NCBI GenBank assembly: GCA_021818665.1
Contig: JAKATQ010000001.1
Coordinates: 1-49,035, forward strand
Direction: 5' to 3'
Source of the DNA: Nanobdellota archaeon
GTDB lineage: Archaea; Nanobdellota; Nanobdellia; Parvarchaeales; Parvarchaeaceae
DNA length: 49,035 bases
Below the pieces are notes generated by a model. It was not told the origin of the DNA, searched no databases, and was given only the letters and a program-made list of their open reading frames with translations. Shown piece by piece: positions 34,372 to 43,805 of this stretch; within the stretch, counting starts at the first letter, position 1; every line of letters begins with the position of its first letter. Position numbers and translations under genes: made by a program.

Positions 34372-36675
34372 CTACTGTATAGTTCCGATAGAAACCGAAG
34401 GCATGTCACCGAACGGCGGATAGTCTCTTATCCTAACATAATAGAGCGGCGGTGTTGTAAGCGAAGTTTTGTAGTTTAGTATGGCGCTGAACGGTATGTT
34501 TGTAGGCGTATATCCTGTACTGACACTTTTTACTTGTACGTAGTTGAAAAACAGAAGTACGTTCGAGCCTGTCGCTGCTATCCCGTACAGGTTGTTGCTC
34601 GCAGTGTTAGAAACGGCTATGGCGCTCGTATTTGTGTACGAAGAACTAGAAGTCGCATACTGCAGGTTGATAAAGCCGGGTTTTCCCAAGTATATCGTTT
34701 CTCCGTCCATCGTGGTGTTTATGTTGCCGAACTGAAAAGATTCCGGTGAGGTCGTCTTTGTAAACGGACCTGCGAACCATTCGAACACCGCTGGATAACT
34801 GTACGTGGCGGTTGTAAGTACGTTTACACCCTGCGATGCTGTCGTATTTGTGGTAAGATTATTGTTCACGGTATAAGCTCCTGTGGAGCCCGTTCCTTGG
34901 TTATCGACGGCCCACTGCGAGCCGAGCGACGTACCGGAGAAGTTGTAGTAAAACGTGAATACCTCCGCGCCGTCGTCATAAGCCCCGTATTTTGACGACC
35001 ATTCCGGCGCCTCTCCGGTGTTCTTTGGATTCATAACGTCGTAAGATGTAGGGAAAAACGCCATATATATGCCAAGACTGGAAAACGCAGGTATATTGCC
35101 TATATTGAGCCAGTAAACTGTCGATTTGCTTGCCGAGCCTGGGGCCAGAAAACCGATGTTTTGAGGGCTACCATCGTGCTCTCCTTTAATATCATTCGCA
35201 TTGCCGGTCAACGGCATCCATATCACGTTGTTTTCTCTCACTATCGGACCAGACGCCATGCCATTTGTGTATAACTGATTTATCTGTATAGATGAAAGAG
35301 CCGCGGTGTACACCTGCAAGTTGGTTATAGCTCCGTTTATGCCATTGAGAGTCTGGCCTCCCCCGGTCAAGTTACCGGTATTACCGCCCACGGCGAAATA
35401 GTGCGACGAGCTGACATTCTCTTCCTGTCCTGGAGACGTTGAGCCCACGTCATTCACGTATACGGTGAAGCTTCCTGAGCCCGGCTGCGGACCGCCGTTT
35501 GAAAGCACTGCTGTGACCATTGTCCATGTGTGCAGCGGCACGGTGATTGATGAACATCCGGAGTCTCCGAAATAGTGCGTTGTAGAGTTGAAGGTGGAAA
35601 CGCACAGATTGCCGCTCTGATTTACATAGAACATTAGGCTTACCTGCGGTGCCCCTTCAGAATATATCCAGCTGCCCTGCGGATTGTAAGAATTCAACAA
35701 TACCCAAGCGTTTATAGTGAAGTCGCTCTCGAAATCAAGTGGGGCCGTAGTAGAATTATAGATAATGCTGTTAACGCCGTTGAACGTAGCTATGTCACCG
35801 CCCTCAAGCCAGCTCTTTATTATGGTGTCATTCTGGTAGAAGAACTGCACATTAGAAAGATTTTTGGCTTCGTAGTGCGAAAATCTGGAGGAGTCTATAG
35901 TAAGCTGTTGCTGGAACCCGTTGCCCGTTTTCTGACTCTGACTATTTGTAAAGGTTATGGGCAGAAGGTTGGCGGGGGTGAAGCACAGCGAACTCTCAAG
36001 ATTGAACTTCTGGACGTACACTATAACCCTTAAGTTTGGATAATACTGGTTGATTGGTATCTGCCCCTCGGACGCTCCGGATGGCGATTCTATGCTGGTA
36101 GAGTATAGAAGAGTATTCGACTGCCCATACACCGATATTGTGAAATTCACCCCGTGTACAAGGCTGCCGAATTCGTTGTAGAACGAGACATTGTAGTCCA
36201 GGTAACCGTTAAAGAAAACATACGATGTGTTTATGAAAGATATAGGGAGTTGGAACTTCAGATAAGCTTCCTGTTGGCCGTTGACGTTGGCGAGGGTTAC
36301 GTATCCGGTGTACGTCCCACCGGTGACGGGTAGTTCACCTATTGTGTTCAGCGCGAGCGAAGAGGCCACCTGATTGTTCCCAGAGGACAGCACTATGAAA
36401 TTTCCACATATGTATGACAGATCCTGGTTTAGTTGCGGAAGCGAAAACGAAAATACGGATGTAGCACCGGTCTGCTGCGATGCTATGTAAGATATCGAAC
36501 TACCAAGGCTGGTTTCTGCAAGAGCGAGGTTTTGGTTTATGTCGGATGAATTGAACCCCGAAGAATAATAGTAAGTGATTGCAAGGAAGGCGCTAAACAA
36601 CAACAATGCTATCCCCATTATTATTAGATACTCTACGGCGGCCTGACCGCCGCTCCCGAAACGTAGAAACACCAT
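34372..36675 (-). CDS. Giant protein with a type IV pilin-like (class III) signal and DUF2341-like and LamG-like modules.
   Basis: I use the ATG at 36675 because the track start at 36705 is a TTG. The N-terminus MVFLRFGSGG|QAAVEYLIIMGIALLLFSAFLAITYYY has G at -1, Q at +1 and E at +5, followed by a hydrophobic helix. LLPITFTNSQSQKTGNGFQQQLTIDSS..NVQFFYQNDTIIKSWLEGG is DUF2341-like. FTINAWVLLNS..WIYSEG..SLMFYVNQSGNLCVS..HTWTMVTAVLSNG..FTVYVNDV..LQVYTAALSSIQINQLY is LamG/Laminin_G_3-like. STVYWLNIGNIPAFSSLGIYMAFFP is a second DUF2341-like stretch. Confidence 0.7.
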   Translation of the reverse strand: MVFLRFGSGGQAAVEYLIIMGIALLLFSAFLAITYYYSSGFNSSDINQNLALAETSLGSSISYIASQQTGATSVFSFSLPQLNQDLSYICGNFIVLSSGNNQVASSLALNTIGELPVTGGTYTGYVTLANVNGQQEAYLKFQLPISFINTSYVFFNGYLDYNVSFYNEFGSLVHGVNFTISVYGQSNTLLYSTSIESPSGASEGQIPINQYYPNLRVIVYVQKFNLESSLCFTPANLLPITFTNSQSQKTGNGFQQQLTIDSSRFSHYEAKNLSNVQFFYQNDTIIKSWLEGGDIATFNGVNSIIYNSTTAPLDFESDFTINAWVLLNSYNPQGSWIYSEGAPQVSLMFYVNQSGNLCVSTFNSTTHYFGDSGCSSITVPLHTWTMVTAVLSNGGPQPGSGSFTVYVNDVGSTSPGQEENVSSSHYFAVGGNTGNLTGGGQTLNGINGAITNLQVYTAALSSIQINQLYTNGMASGPIVRENNVIWMPLTGNANDIKGEHDGSPQNIGFLAPGSASKSTVYWLNIGNIPAFSSLGIYMAFFPTSYDVMNPKNTGEAPEWSSKYGAYDDGAEVFTFYYNFSGTSLGSQWAVDNQGTGSTGAYTVNNNLTTNTTASQGVNVLTTATYSYPAVFEWFAGPFTKTTSPESFQFGNINTTMDGETIYLGKPGFINLQYATSSSSYTNTSAIAVSNTASNNLYGIAATGSNVLLFFNYVQVKSVSTGYTPTNIPFSAILNYKTSLTTPPLYYVRIRDYPPFGDMPSVSIGTIQ

Positions 36676-36676
36676 A

Positions 36677-37276
36677 TCAGTTTTTTGCAAGAAATTTGTC
36701 GACAATGCCGCCTATCTTTTCGCTAACTATTGCAGCGTCCGCATCGCCATCAACGACCTTGAGGTGAAATTCTCTGGCCACGTGAAGATACATCTGCCGC
36801 ACCTTAGTTAGTCGCTCTCTGTCTGAGAAGAGCTGCAAGTTGTCTTCTTCTCCCGACAATCTATAAATTGACGTCTTTGCCGGGACATCTATAAGGATGC
36901 CAAGATCTGGCATTCTAAAGTTAAGGTTTATGTATCTCAACCATTTGTAATTTACTTTAGAAACGTAGCCGTAAGCTAGTGTCGAGAAGAGGTACCTGTC
37001 GCATATCACTATCTTACCTCTCGACACCGCCGGCTCTATAGTGTTTTCCAGATGGTGCGCCCTGTCGGCACAGAACAATAGTTGCATTGCTCTGGGACTA
37101 GTCATCCATTCTCCGTTAAGGGCCGCTTTCGAAAGACCACCCACTATGCTCGTGGTGGGCTCTTTTGTGAGCACGACAGATCTACCTGAAGTCCTAAGTC
37201 TGTTAGCGAGCATGACAGACTGCGTAGAGAGGCCGGAACCGTCTATCCCTTCGAGAACTATGAACTTTCCCTTCAT
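36677..37276 (-). CDS. Thymidylate kinase homolog whose Walker-A lysine is replaced by leucine.
   Basis: 199 aa. FIVLEGIDGSGLSTQ compares with the canonical EGxDGxGK(S/T)T. I checked the codon: CTC at about 37229-37231. The rest of the dTMP kinase scaffold is kept (TKEPT, LLFCADRAHH, VICDRYLFSTLAY). Confidence 0.7.
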   Translation of the reverse strand: MKGKFIVLEGIDGSGLSTQSVMLANRLRTSGRSVVLTKEPTTSIVGGLSKAALNGEWMTSPRAMQLLFCADRAHHLENTIEPAVSRGKIVICDRYLFSTLAYGYVSKVNYKWLRYINLNFRMPDLGILIDVPAKTSIYRLSGEEDNLQLFSDRERLTKVRQMYLHVAREFHLKVVDGDADAAIVSEKIGGIVDKFLAKN

Positions 37277-37905
37277 GCGGCACCGCCGATTAGCCTGCTT
37301 AGTTTTACTTGTATGTCTCGTGATACCGCATTCTTATCTCCAGAACCATCCACTACGAACCAGTTTTCGGAATAAAACTTGTCTTTCATAAGGGTGTCAT
37401 AGTTATGCCTTACCATAGTGAGAAGCTGCTGGTCTTTCTCAAACTTGTCTTCCGATTCTCCCGCCTCGGCTTTCTGCTTTCCCTTTCGCGCCATAGAAAC
37501 GCTTAGAGGTATATTTATGTAGAACACTGCTAATGGCTGCTCTAGACCGAGCATCCACGTCAGAGCTTTAGCCCTTTGATAATCAAAGCCGTTGGCGCAC
37601 TGGTATGCAATCGTGGAAAACAAATATCTGTCCATAAGTACAAACCCTTCATCAAGCGCTTTCCTGACTTTCCCTATATCCTTCACCATGTCGAGTATAT
37701 ACACGAGAAACTGCTCATCCACCGATAGTTGGATCTTGGAATAAAGGAAGGACTCTATTATCTTTCCGTATTGTGACGAATAATCCGGGTATGAAAATGA
37801 AGCGACCTTGAATCCCTTTCCCTCTAGCCACTCGCGCAAAAGTTTTGATTGCGTGGCTTTGCCGGCGCCGTCGGTACCTTCTAGTACAAGCAATTTTCCT
37901 GTCAT
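37273..37905 (-). CDS. tmk: Thymidylate kinase (canonical P-loop).
   Basis: I use the ATG at 37905 (MTGKLLVLEGTDGAGKATQ) because the track start at 37974 is a TTG inside the 3' end of the upstream gene. DRYLFSTIAYQ is present. Its stop overlaps the start of the downstream paralog (ATGA). Confidence 0.8.
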   Translation of the reverse strand: MTGKLLVLEGTDGAGKATQSKLLREWLEGKGFKVASFSYPDYSSQYGKIIESFLYSKIQLSVDEQFLVYILDMVKDIGKVRKALDEGFVLMDRYLFSTIAYQCANGFDYQRAKALTWMLGLEQPLAVFYINIPLSVSMARKGKQKAEAGESEDKFEKDQQLLTMVRHNYDTLMKDKFYSENWFVVDGSGDKNAVSRDIQVKLSRLIGGAA

Positions 37906-37921
37906 AATATTAGAAAAGGAT

Positions 37922-39361
37922 TCAGCCTTTAATACCTTTCTTATAAATCTGGACTTTCTCGCCCAAGAAATCAAGTATCTGGAAACTTTTGTCTCTCAAA
38001 TTAACGATGGGTACCTTTGCTATCTCGGGTTCTATGCCGTATTTTTTCTGATACGACGTCTGATATTGCCAGCACGAAGAGTTTATCAGCACGGTCTCCT
38101 TATATTTCGACGCCAATGCTTTGTGTATGTGACCTGTCGCGTATATATCCGGGGTTTCGTCTATCACCAGATAATCCCTCGGCAGCGGCATAATCTGCGT
38201 AGAGCCGTGCGTCGGCGCTAGGTGCCGGGATTTGAGCTGTATCTTCATTATAGCAGCTATGTCGTCCGGTTCCATCTTATTGTACTTTGCTATCGAGTTG
38301 GCGTAGTATGTCAGACTGAAACCGTGATACCCTAGTAGGCTGCGTTTTATTGCGCCGATGGAAAGGTTTACCTGGTATGGATTTGAAAGGAACGTCGCGT
38401 TCTGCAGCTCGTACATCTTTGACGCGAACGCCGGGTCCAATCTCGGCTGCGGTTCCGCTATATGTGTCGCATCGTGGTTACCCTGCGCTATTATAAGTTT
38501 TATGTTTTTTGGTATCCTGTCTAGTATCTTATAAAGCGCCTCGTACTGTGCGCCGAGGTCTTTTATAGTGAGTTCCTTTTCCTGTCCCGGGTATACGCCT
38601 ACGCCGTCGACCAGGTCGCCGTTTATGACCAAGAAACGTACCTTCTTGGCGATCTCGGCGTATTCCTCAACATCCCCGTTTATCCAGCGTATGAACAACT
38701 CCATCGGTTCCTTTGCAAAAAGTTTTGAGCCGATATGCACGTCAGACAGGAAAAGCGCATAGCTGTCCGGGATATCGGACGGCATTGTGTCCTTTATGGT
38801 TATATCCGGCAGGATGATGTCATTTATGAATATCGCGTCGCCGGATTTCCTGCCTTTTATTATGACTACCTGGTCCGGTAACAGGTCCTGGTTTATTACA
38901 GAAGACAGTGCGCGACCGGATGAAACGCTGTCCTCTATGTCCAATACCATATACTTCTTCACCGGGCTCACAGATATCTTGGATATCATCGCGATCGTCT
39001 TCACCTCTGAGCCCGGCGGCATCCCTTTTGCAGTCGATAGCGAAACTATGTTCGCCCGGTCCTTCTCTACCAGCATTGTCCTGAGCCGCTCGAACCTGTC
39101 GTTGAAGTAAGCTACCCACTCTGCTGGTTTTGATGGCGAAGTCGCCCCGTCATAGTTCTTTATCACTTCCACCATCGTGTCCGAAAGACTTTCATCTTCC
39201 GCGCGGTTAAGGTCGTAGAGTTCCTGCCTTCCAAGAAACGTTATGTTGCGTTCCTTTAGCATCTTTAGCAGACCGTCTATGTCTTTTATCTCGACGTTCT
39301 TGACGGACGCATCGACTAGTATTCCATTTGCAAAGAACAGTTCTAGGTCCTTATCGTCCAT
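37922..39361 (-). CDS. DNA polymerase D (Pol II) small subunit DP1.
   Basis: 479 aa. The C-terminal calcineurin-like phosphoesterase motifs are FLSDVHIGS, INGDLVDG, AQGNHD and ATGHIH. Size is typical of DP1. Confidence 0.85.
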   Translation of the reverse strand: MDDKDLELFFANGILVDASVKNVEIKDIDGLLKMLKERNITFLGRQELYDLNRAEDESLSDTMVEVIKNYDGATSPSKPAEWVAYFNDRFERLRTMLVEKDRANIVSLSTAKGMPPGSEVKTIAMISKISVSPVKKYMVLDIEDSVSSGRALSSVINQDLLPDQVVIIKGRKSGDAIFINDIILPDITIKDTMPSDIPDSYALFLSDVHIGSKLFAKEPMELFIRWINGDVEEYAEIAKKVRFLVINGDLVDGVGVYPGQEKELTIKDLGAQYEALYKILDRIPKNIKLIIAQGNHDATHIAEPQPRLDPAFASKMYELQNATFLSNPYQVNLSIGAIKRSLLGYHGFSLTYYANSIAKYNKMEPDDIAAIMKIQLKSRHLAPTHGSTQIMPLPRDYLVIDETPDIYATGHIHKALASKYKETVLINSSCWQYQTSYQKKYGIEPEIAKVPIVNLRDKSFQILDFLGEKVQIYKKGIKG

Positions 39362-39392
39362 GCACTATAAGTGCGAACAGTCGTTTAAATTC

Positions 39393-39695
39393 TTAAACAA
39401 ACGCTACTTCCGGAAAGCCAGAGTCGATTAGTATCTGTTTGGCCTTCGCTGTATGGTCGCCCTGAAGTTCTATCGAGTTGTTCTTGTATGTGCCGCCGCA
39501 TGCCAGCTTATTCTTTAGCTGCTTTGTCATGGCCTTGACATCCACGGTTTTCGGGTCTAGACCGTCTATTATCGTAAGTACCTTCTTGAATGACACTCTC
39601 TTGACGTAAATCCTTATCTTTTGTGTCTCCTGAGAAATGGTGCCGCAGATACACAAATCTTTTGGCAAACCGCAAACCGCACAAACTTCTGTCAT
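39393..39695 (-). CDS. sui1: Translation initiation factor aSUI1 (eIF1 homolog).
   Basis: 100 aa. An N-terminal CxxCxxxxxxC knuckle is followed by IRIYVKRVSFKKVLTIIDGLD....KQLKNKLACGGT.....IELQGDH. Confidence 0.85.
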   Translation of the reverse strand: MTEVCAVCGLPKDLCICGTISQETQKIRIYVKRVSFKKVLTIIDGLDPKTVDVKAMTKQLKNKLACGGTYKNNSIELQGDHTAKAKQILIDSGFPEVAFV

Positions 39696-39896
39696 TATCT
39701 TTTTTTCTTCCTCTCCCCAAATAAGATAGTATATTATGCTGACACTGCGTATAAATATCTTTCCAATAGCCGGATGCCAAGGTTTAGATGCTATCAGGAC
39801 TGCGGACCGATGAGCGAAACTATGGTGTGCAATGATTACACGTAGTCCGAGCCGGGCGCAAAACAGATTTATTAGTTACGGCGTACTATTTAGCCT

Positions 39897-41666
39897 ATGC
39901 TTATAAACACCATCAAAAGCCGCCTGGAGGTGCCATCCTGGGCCAAACTATCAGAAAGCGAATACGGTGAGCTGGAATTCCCGTGCTTTGAGGAAGCCAA
40001 GAAGGCCGGAGAGAACCCCAAAGAATTCGCAGAGAAAGTGTCCAGATCCATAGTCGATAAAAATGGCTACATCAAAAGAGTCGACGCCATGAACGGCTAC
40101 GTCAATATGTATCTCGATGTGGATAAAGTTCTTTCGGATTTCCCATACGCGTCTATGGAACGCGTGGAAAATCCGTTTTCTAGGAAGAATATACGTCTGG
40201 AACACACGTCCGTGAACCCCAACAAAGCCCTGCACATAGGACACATGAGGAACATACTGCTCGGTGAGTTCGTGAGAGTAGCGCTCGAGAGGAGCGGCGG
40301 CAACGTCCTCACAACATATTTCGTGGAGGACACCGGCACTCAGGTGGCCGATATACTCGTATGTTTCAAATACTTAGGCAAAAATTTGGATGTCGCTGAA
40401 AAGTTCGATATATATTGTTCAAAGATTTACAGGGAAGTAAACGAACGATATGAGAAGGAGCCAGCCCTGCGGGAGAAACGCGCGAGCGTGTTGCGCGAAA
40501 TAGAGGGCCACGATAAGGATACCACGGCCCTCCTAAAAAAGATAGTCGATAAGATACTGGCTGCGCAGATGGACACGCTTAGAGGATACCGGATAAAATA
40601 CGACATTCTGGACCTTGAAAGTTACATCTTGGGCAAGGGTATCGTCGACTCGGCTATGAAGCTTCTAGAGGAGAAGGGCGTCGCTTACACGCCAAAGAGC
40701 GGTGATAATGCCGGTTGCCTAGTCGCGAAACTGGACGGGTCCGAGAGGATACTCAGGCGTTCTGATGGCACTTCTCTTTATGTGGCAAAGGACATCGCAT
40801 ATGCGTTCATAAAACACGGCGTGCTTGACAAGGCCATCAGATACACGCCATTTGGAAAAAACTACGACGGCAGCGAGATCCTGGTGTCCGATGAAAATGG
40901 CATGCCTAAGCATTTCGGCAAGTTTAACGACTCGATAACCTTGGTGGGATCCGAGCAGCTAGCTGAACAGGACGTCGTAAGGGAGATCCTGCGATTGGTA
41001 GAACCCGACTCTAATTACACTCACTACAGCTATGAACTAGTGACATTATCGAAGAACACTGCGAAGGCTATGGACATAGAACTGGATGTGCGTTTCGTAA
41101 AGATGAGCGGCAGGAAAGGCACGACGGTCGAGGTAGACGACCTTGTTAGGATCATAATGGAGAAACTAAAGAAAGAGGCTGAGAATGGCGGGCGCCCTCT
41201 TGGAGATGAAGACGCTACAAAACTTGCTGTAAACATCGTACGTTATTCCCTGCTGAAGACTTCTCCGAATAAGATGGTGGTGTTCGACATAGATGAAGCG
41301 ACTTCCTTGAAGGGGGATACGGCATTGTACGCCAACTATACTTATGCGAGAGGGCTGAATATCCTAAAAAAAGCGGGCACGGCCGGCTCTAAGGCCCGTA
41401 GTGGGCTCGACGAAGCCGAGAAACAGCTCGCAAAAAAGATCCTTTTCTGGGAGGAGCATCTAATGGACAGCATAAACAATCTAAAACCCAATCTGGCATG
41501 CGAATATCTTCACAAACTATGCGATGGATTCAATAGTTTCTATGAAGCCAACCAGGTTATAGGGTCAGATAGAGAGTCCGAACGACTGCTCTTGCTAAGA
41601 AACGTGCTAGGCGTGATGAAGGAAACGATGGAACTTATCGGCCTTTTCGTTATCGAGCGCGTTTAG
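39897..41666 (+). CDS. argS: Arginyl-tRNA synthetase.
   Basis: 589 aa. EHTSVNPNKALHIGHMRN carries the HIGH region in an ArgRS-type context. VKMSGRKG is present. The C-terminal anticodon-binding domain ends in the typical ..ERV. Confidence 0.85.
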   Translation: MLINTIKSRLEVPSWAKLSESEYGELEFPCFEEAKKAGENPKEFAEKVSRSIVDKNGYIKRVDAMNGYVNMYLDVDKVLSDFPYASMERVENPFSRKNIRLEHTSVNPNKALHIGHMRNILLGEFVRVALERSGGNVLTTYFVEDTGTQVADILVCFKYLGKNLDVAEKFDIYCSKIYREVNERYEKEPALREKRASVLREIEGHDKDTTALLKKIVDKILAAQMDTLRGYRIKYDILDLESYILGKGIVDSAMKLLEEKGVAYTPKSGDNAGCLVAKLDGSERILRRSDGTSLYVAKDIAYAFIKHGVLDKAIRYTPFGKNYDGSEILVSDENGMPKHFGKFNDSITLVGSEQLAEQDVVREILRLVEPDSNYTHYSYELVTLSKNTAKAMDIELDVRFVKMSGRKGTTVEVDDLVRIIMEKLKKEAENGGRPLGDEDATKLAVNIVRYSLLKTSPNKMVVFDIDEATSLKGDTALYANYTYARGLNILKKAGTAGSKARSGLDEAEKQLAKKILFWEEHLMDSINNLKPNLACEYLHKLCDGFNSFYEANQVIGSDRESERLLLLRNVLGVMKETMELIGLFVIERV

Positions 41667-41745
41667 TTAACTGTGAGCAAGACCAGTTTAACCACTTTTA
41701 AGTAAAGATAGAAAGACTTTAATTATGGGCCGTTCTTAAGTAGCT

Positions 41746-43800
41746 ATGGACGCCAAAAGCCTTTTCAGTCCCGAGGGCGTGGCGGTAATAGGAGCTTCTA
41801 GGAACCCTGGCAAGATAGGCAGCATAATACTAAAAAACTTAAGGATAACATACCGCGGACGATTATTTCCTGTCAATACCAATGCATCGGAGATACAGAG
41901 TTTGAGAACCTACCATCGTATCTCTGACATAAAAGAACAGGTCGATCTGGCGATAATAGCCATACCGGCGGAAGGTGTCCTGAAAGTCCTGAAAGACTGC
42001 GAGAAGAAAAAGGTTAGATTCGCGATAGTGATAAGCGCCGGATTTAAGGAATCTGGTGAGAGCGGGACCCGCCTGGAGAACGAGATAAAGGCTTTTCTGA
42101 GGACTTCTAGGATAAGAGTGATAGGCCCAAACTGCCTAGGTGTGATAAACACTAACCCCACTTATAACGCCACGTTCATAGACCCTAACTCCAGGCCTGC
42201 GGAGGGGAAAACGGCTTTCATCTCCCAAAGCGGCGCTCTTCTCAGCGCGATAGTGGACGATGCTACCGCCGAAAAGATAGGTTTCAGTAAGATAGTCAGC
42301 ATAGGCAATGCCATCGACATAGACGAGGCCGAAATGTTGGATATACTCCAAAGGGACGACAAGACGTCTGTGATAGCCCTGTATTTGGAAGGACTTTCTG
42401 ACGGTAAAAAATTCATAAAAAACGCCCAAGAAGTGTCGAAGTCAAAGCCTATAATCATTCTAAAAGGCGGGACGTCGAAAATGGGCGCGAGTGCGGTCAC
42501 TTCGCACACCGGTTCGCTGGCCGGTAACAATACGAGTTATGAACTGGCTTTCAAGCGCGTCGGCGCGATACGCGTAAAGAACATAGACGACCTTTTCAAC
42601 TTTATGCGCGACGCCCCGAATATGAGGGTGAAGAGCGACGAGATCATCATCGTGACTAATGCCGGCGGAGCCGGGGTGGTGGCCACGGACGCACTTAGCG
42701 CCGCCGGACTTAGGCTTGCTAAGATGGGGAACAACATAACAAACGAACTAGCCAAAGAGTTGCCGCGAGGTGCCAACATAAATAACCCGGTCGATGTGCT
42801 TGGGGACGCGACTCCCGAGAGATACAGGTCTGCCATAGACATTGTAGCAAAACTCAACAAGCCCATCATAACGCTTTTTTCTCCACAAGAGGTTTCCATG
42901 CCTATAGAGACGGCTAAGGAGATATACGAGGTACAGCTGAAAAACCCTGGTCTTCCCATCCTGCCAGTGTTCTTGGGGGGGACACAAGTAGAAAAAGCCA
43001 GGCGATTCCTCCGCGATAAGAATATGCCGGCATACAGTTACCCACACGAAGCCGTAGACATCATAGAAGGGCTATATTCATACAGCACGTTCTCGCAACC
43101 GTCGTTCTCGGTGTACAACGGCGTAAAGTATAAGGCCCCTGCGATAAGGGCCGACAAGAACCTGTTCGGCATGGCTGCAAAAGACCTGTTTGATAAAATG
43201 GGCATAAAAACTGCGCCTGGCGTAGTGTTCAAGACCGAGCAGGACATGCGGAAGGCCGCTAGTAAGATAGGTTACCCCTGTGTACTGAAGATAGGCTCGG
43301 ACAAGGTGGTGCATAAGGGCGAAATCGGTGGGGTAGTAGTAGGAATAAAAACCGATGAAGAACTGAAAAGGGCGTTTGACGGTGTAAAGTCCAGGGCCGC
43401 TGAAAACCACGTCAAGCCGATTGATTATGAGCTTTACAAAGACGTTAGCAGAACAGACAAGACCAGGATCGAGATATTGCTCGGTGCGCACAGGGATCCG
43501 CAGTTCGGCACGATGTTGGGGATTGGACTAGGCGGAGAATACGCAGAGATACTACAGGAAGCCTTCTTCATGTTAGTCCCGATGTCGGACAAAGACTTGG
43601 CAGATTTCAAAAACTCAAAGGTCGGACGGATAGTCTCTACTGCTGTTAAACGCAAAGTGATGGACGACCTCCTTGGATATGCGATAAAGATCAGTAAATT
43701 CATGGAAGCGAATCCTAAAATCAAAGATTTGGACATAAATCCACTCTTCATTTTTGACGATGACGTAGTGGCCACCGATTTCAAGATATTCGTGGAGTGA
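41746..43800 (+). CDS. ADP-forming acetyl-CoA synthetase (NDP-forming acyl-CoA synthetase, fused alpha-beta).
   Basis: 684 aa. LFSPEGVAVIGASRNPGKIG, GPNCLGVIN, SQSGAL and HTGSLAG are present, followed by a C-terminal ATP-grasp region (GYPCVLKIGSDKVVHKGEIGGV). Confidence 0.85.
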   Translation: MDAKSLFSPEGVAVIGASRNPGKIGSIILKNLRITYRGRLFPVNTNASEIQSLRTYHRISDIKEQVDLAIIAIPAEGVLKVLKDCEKKKVRFAIVISAGFKESGESGTRLENEIKAFLRTSRIRVIGPNCLGVINTNPTYNATFIDPNSRPAEGKTAFISQSGALLSAIVDDATAEKIGFSKIVSIGNAIDIDEAEMLDILQRDDKTSVIALYLEGLSDGKKFIKNAQEVSKSKPIIILKGGTSKMGASAVTSHTGSLAGNNTSYELAFKRVGAIRVKNIDDLFNFMRDAPNMRVKSDEIIIVTNAGGAGVVATDALSAAGLRLAKMGNNITNELAKELPRGANINNPVDVLGDATPERYRSAIDIVAKLNKPIITLFSPQEVSMPIETAKEIYEVQLKNPGLPILPVFLGGTQVEKARRFLRDKNMPAYSYPHEAVDIIEGLYSYSTFSQPSFSVYNGVKYKAPAIRADKNLFGMAAKDLFDKMGIKTAPGVVFKTEQDMRKAASKIGYPCVLKIGSDKVVHKGEIGGVVVGIKTDEELKRAFDGVKSRAAENHVKPIDYELYKDVSRTDKTRIEILLGAHRDPQFGTMLGIGLGGEYAEILQEAFFMLVPMSDKDLADFKNSKVGRIVSTAVKRKVMDDLLGYAIKISKFMEANPKIKDLDINPLFIFDDDVVATDFKIFVE

Positions 43801-43805
43801 CACAC

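Noticed and set aside
39760-39865. A possible small guide RNA in the unusually long (200 nt) SUI1-argS spacer. The stem CGGAC/GTCCG flanks GAUGAG and AUGAUUA elements, and an ACA triplet lies at 39863-39865.
   Set aside because: The boxes deviate from C (RUGAUGA) and D (CUGA). There is no D' box, and the C'-to-D spacing (8 nt) is too short for a guide. For an H/ACA RNA I could not find a lower stem that ends next to the ACA. The spacer is probably just two divergent promoters. RNA-seq would settle it.
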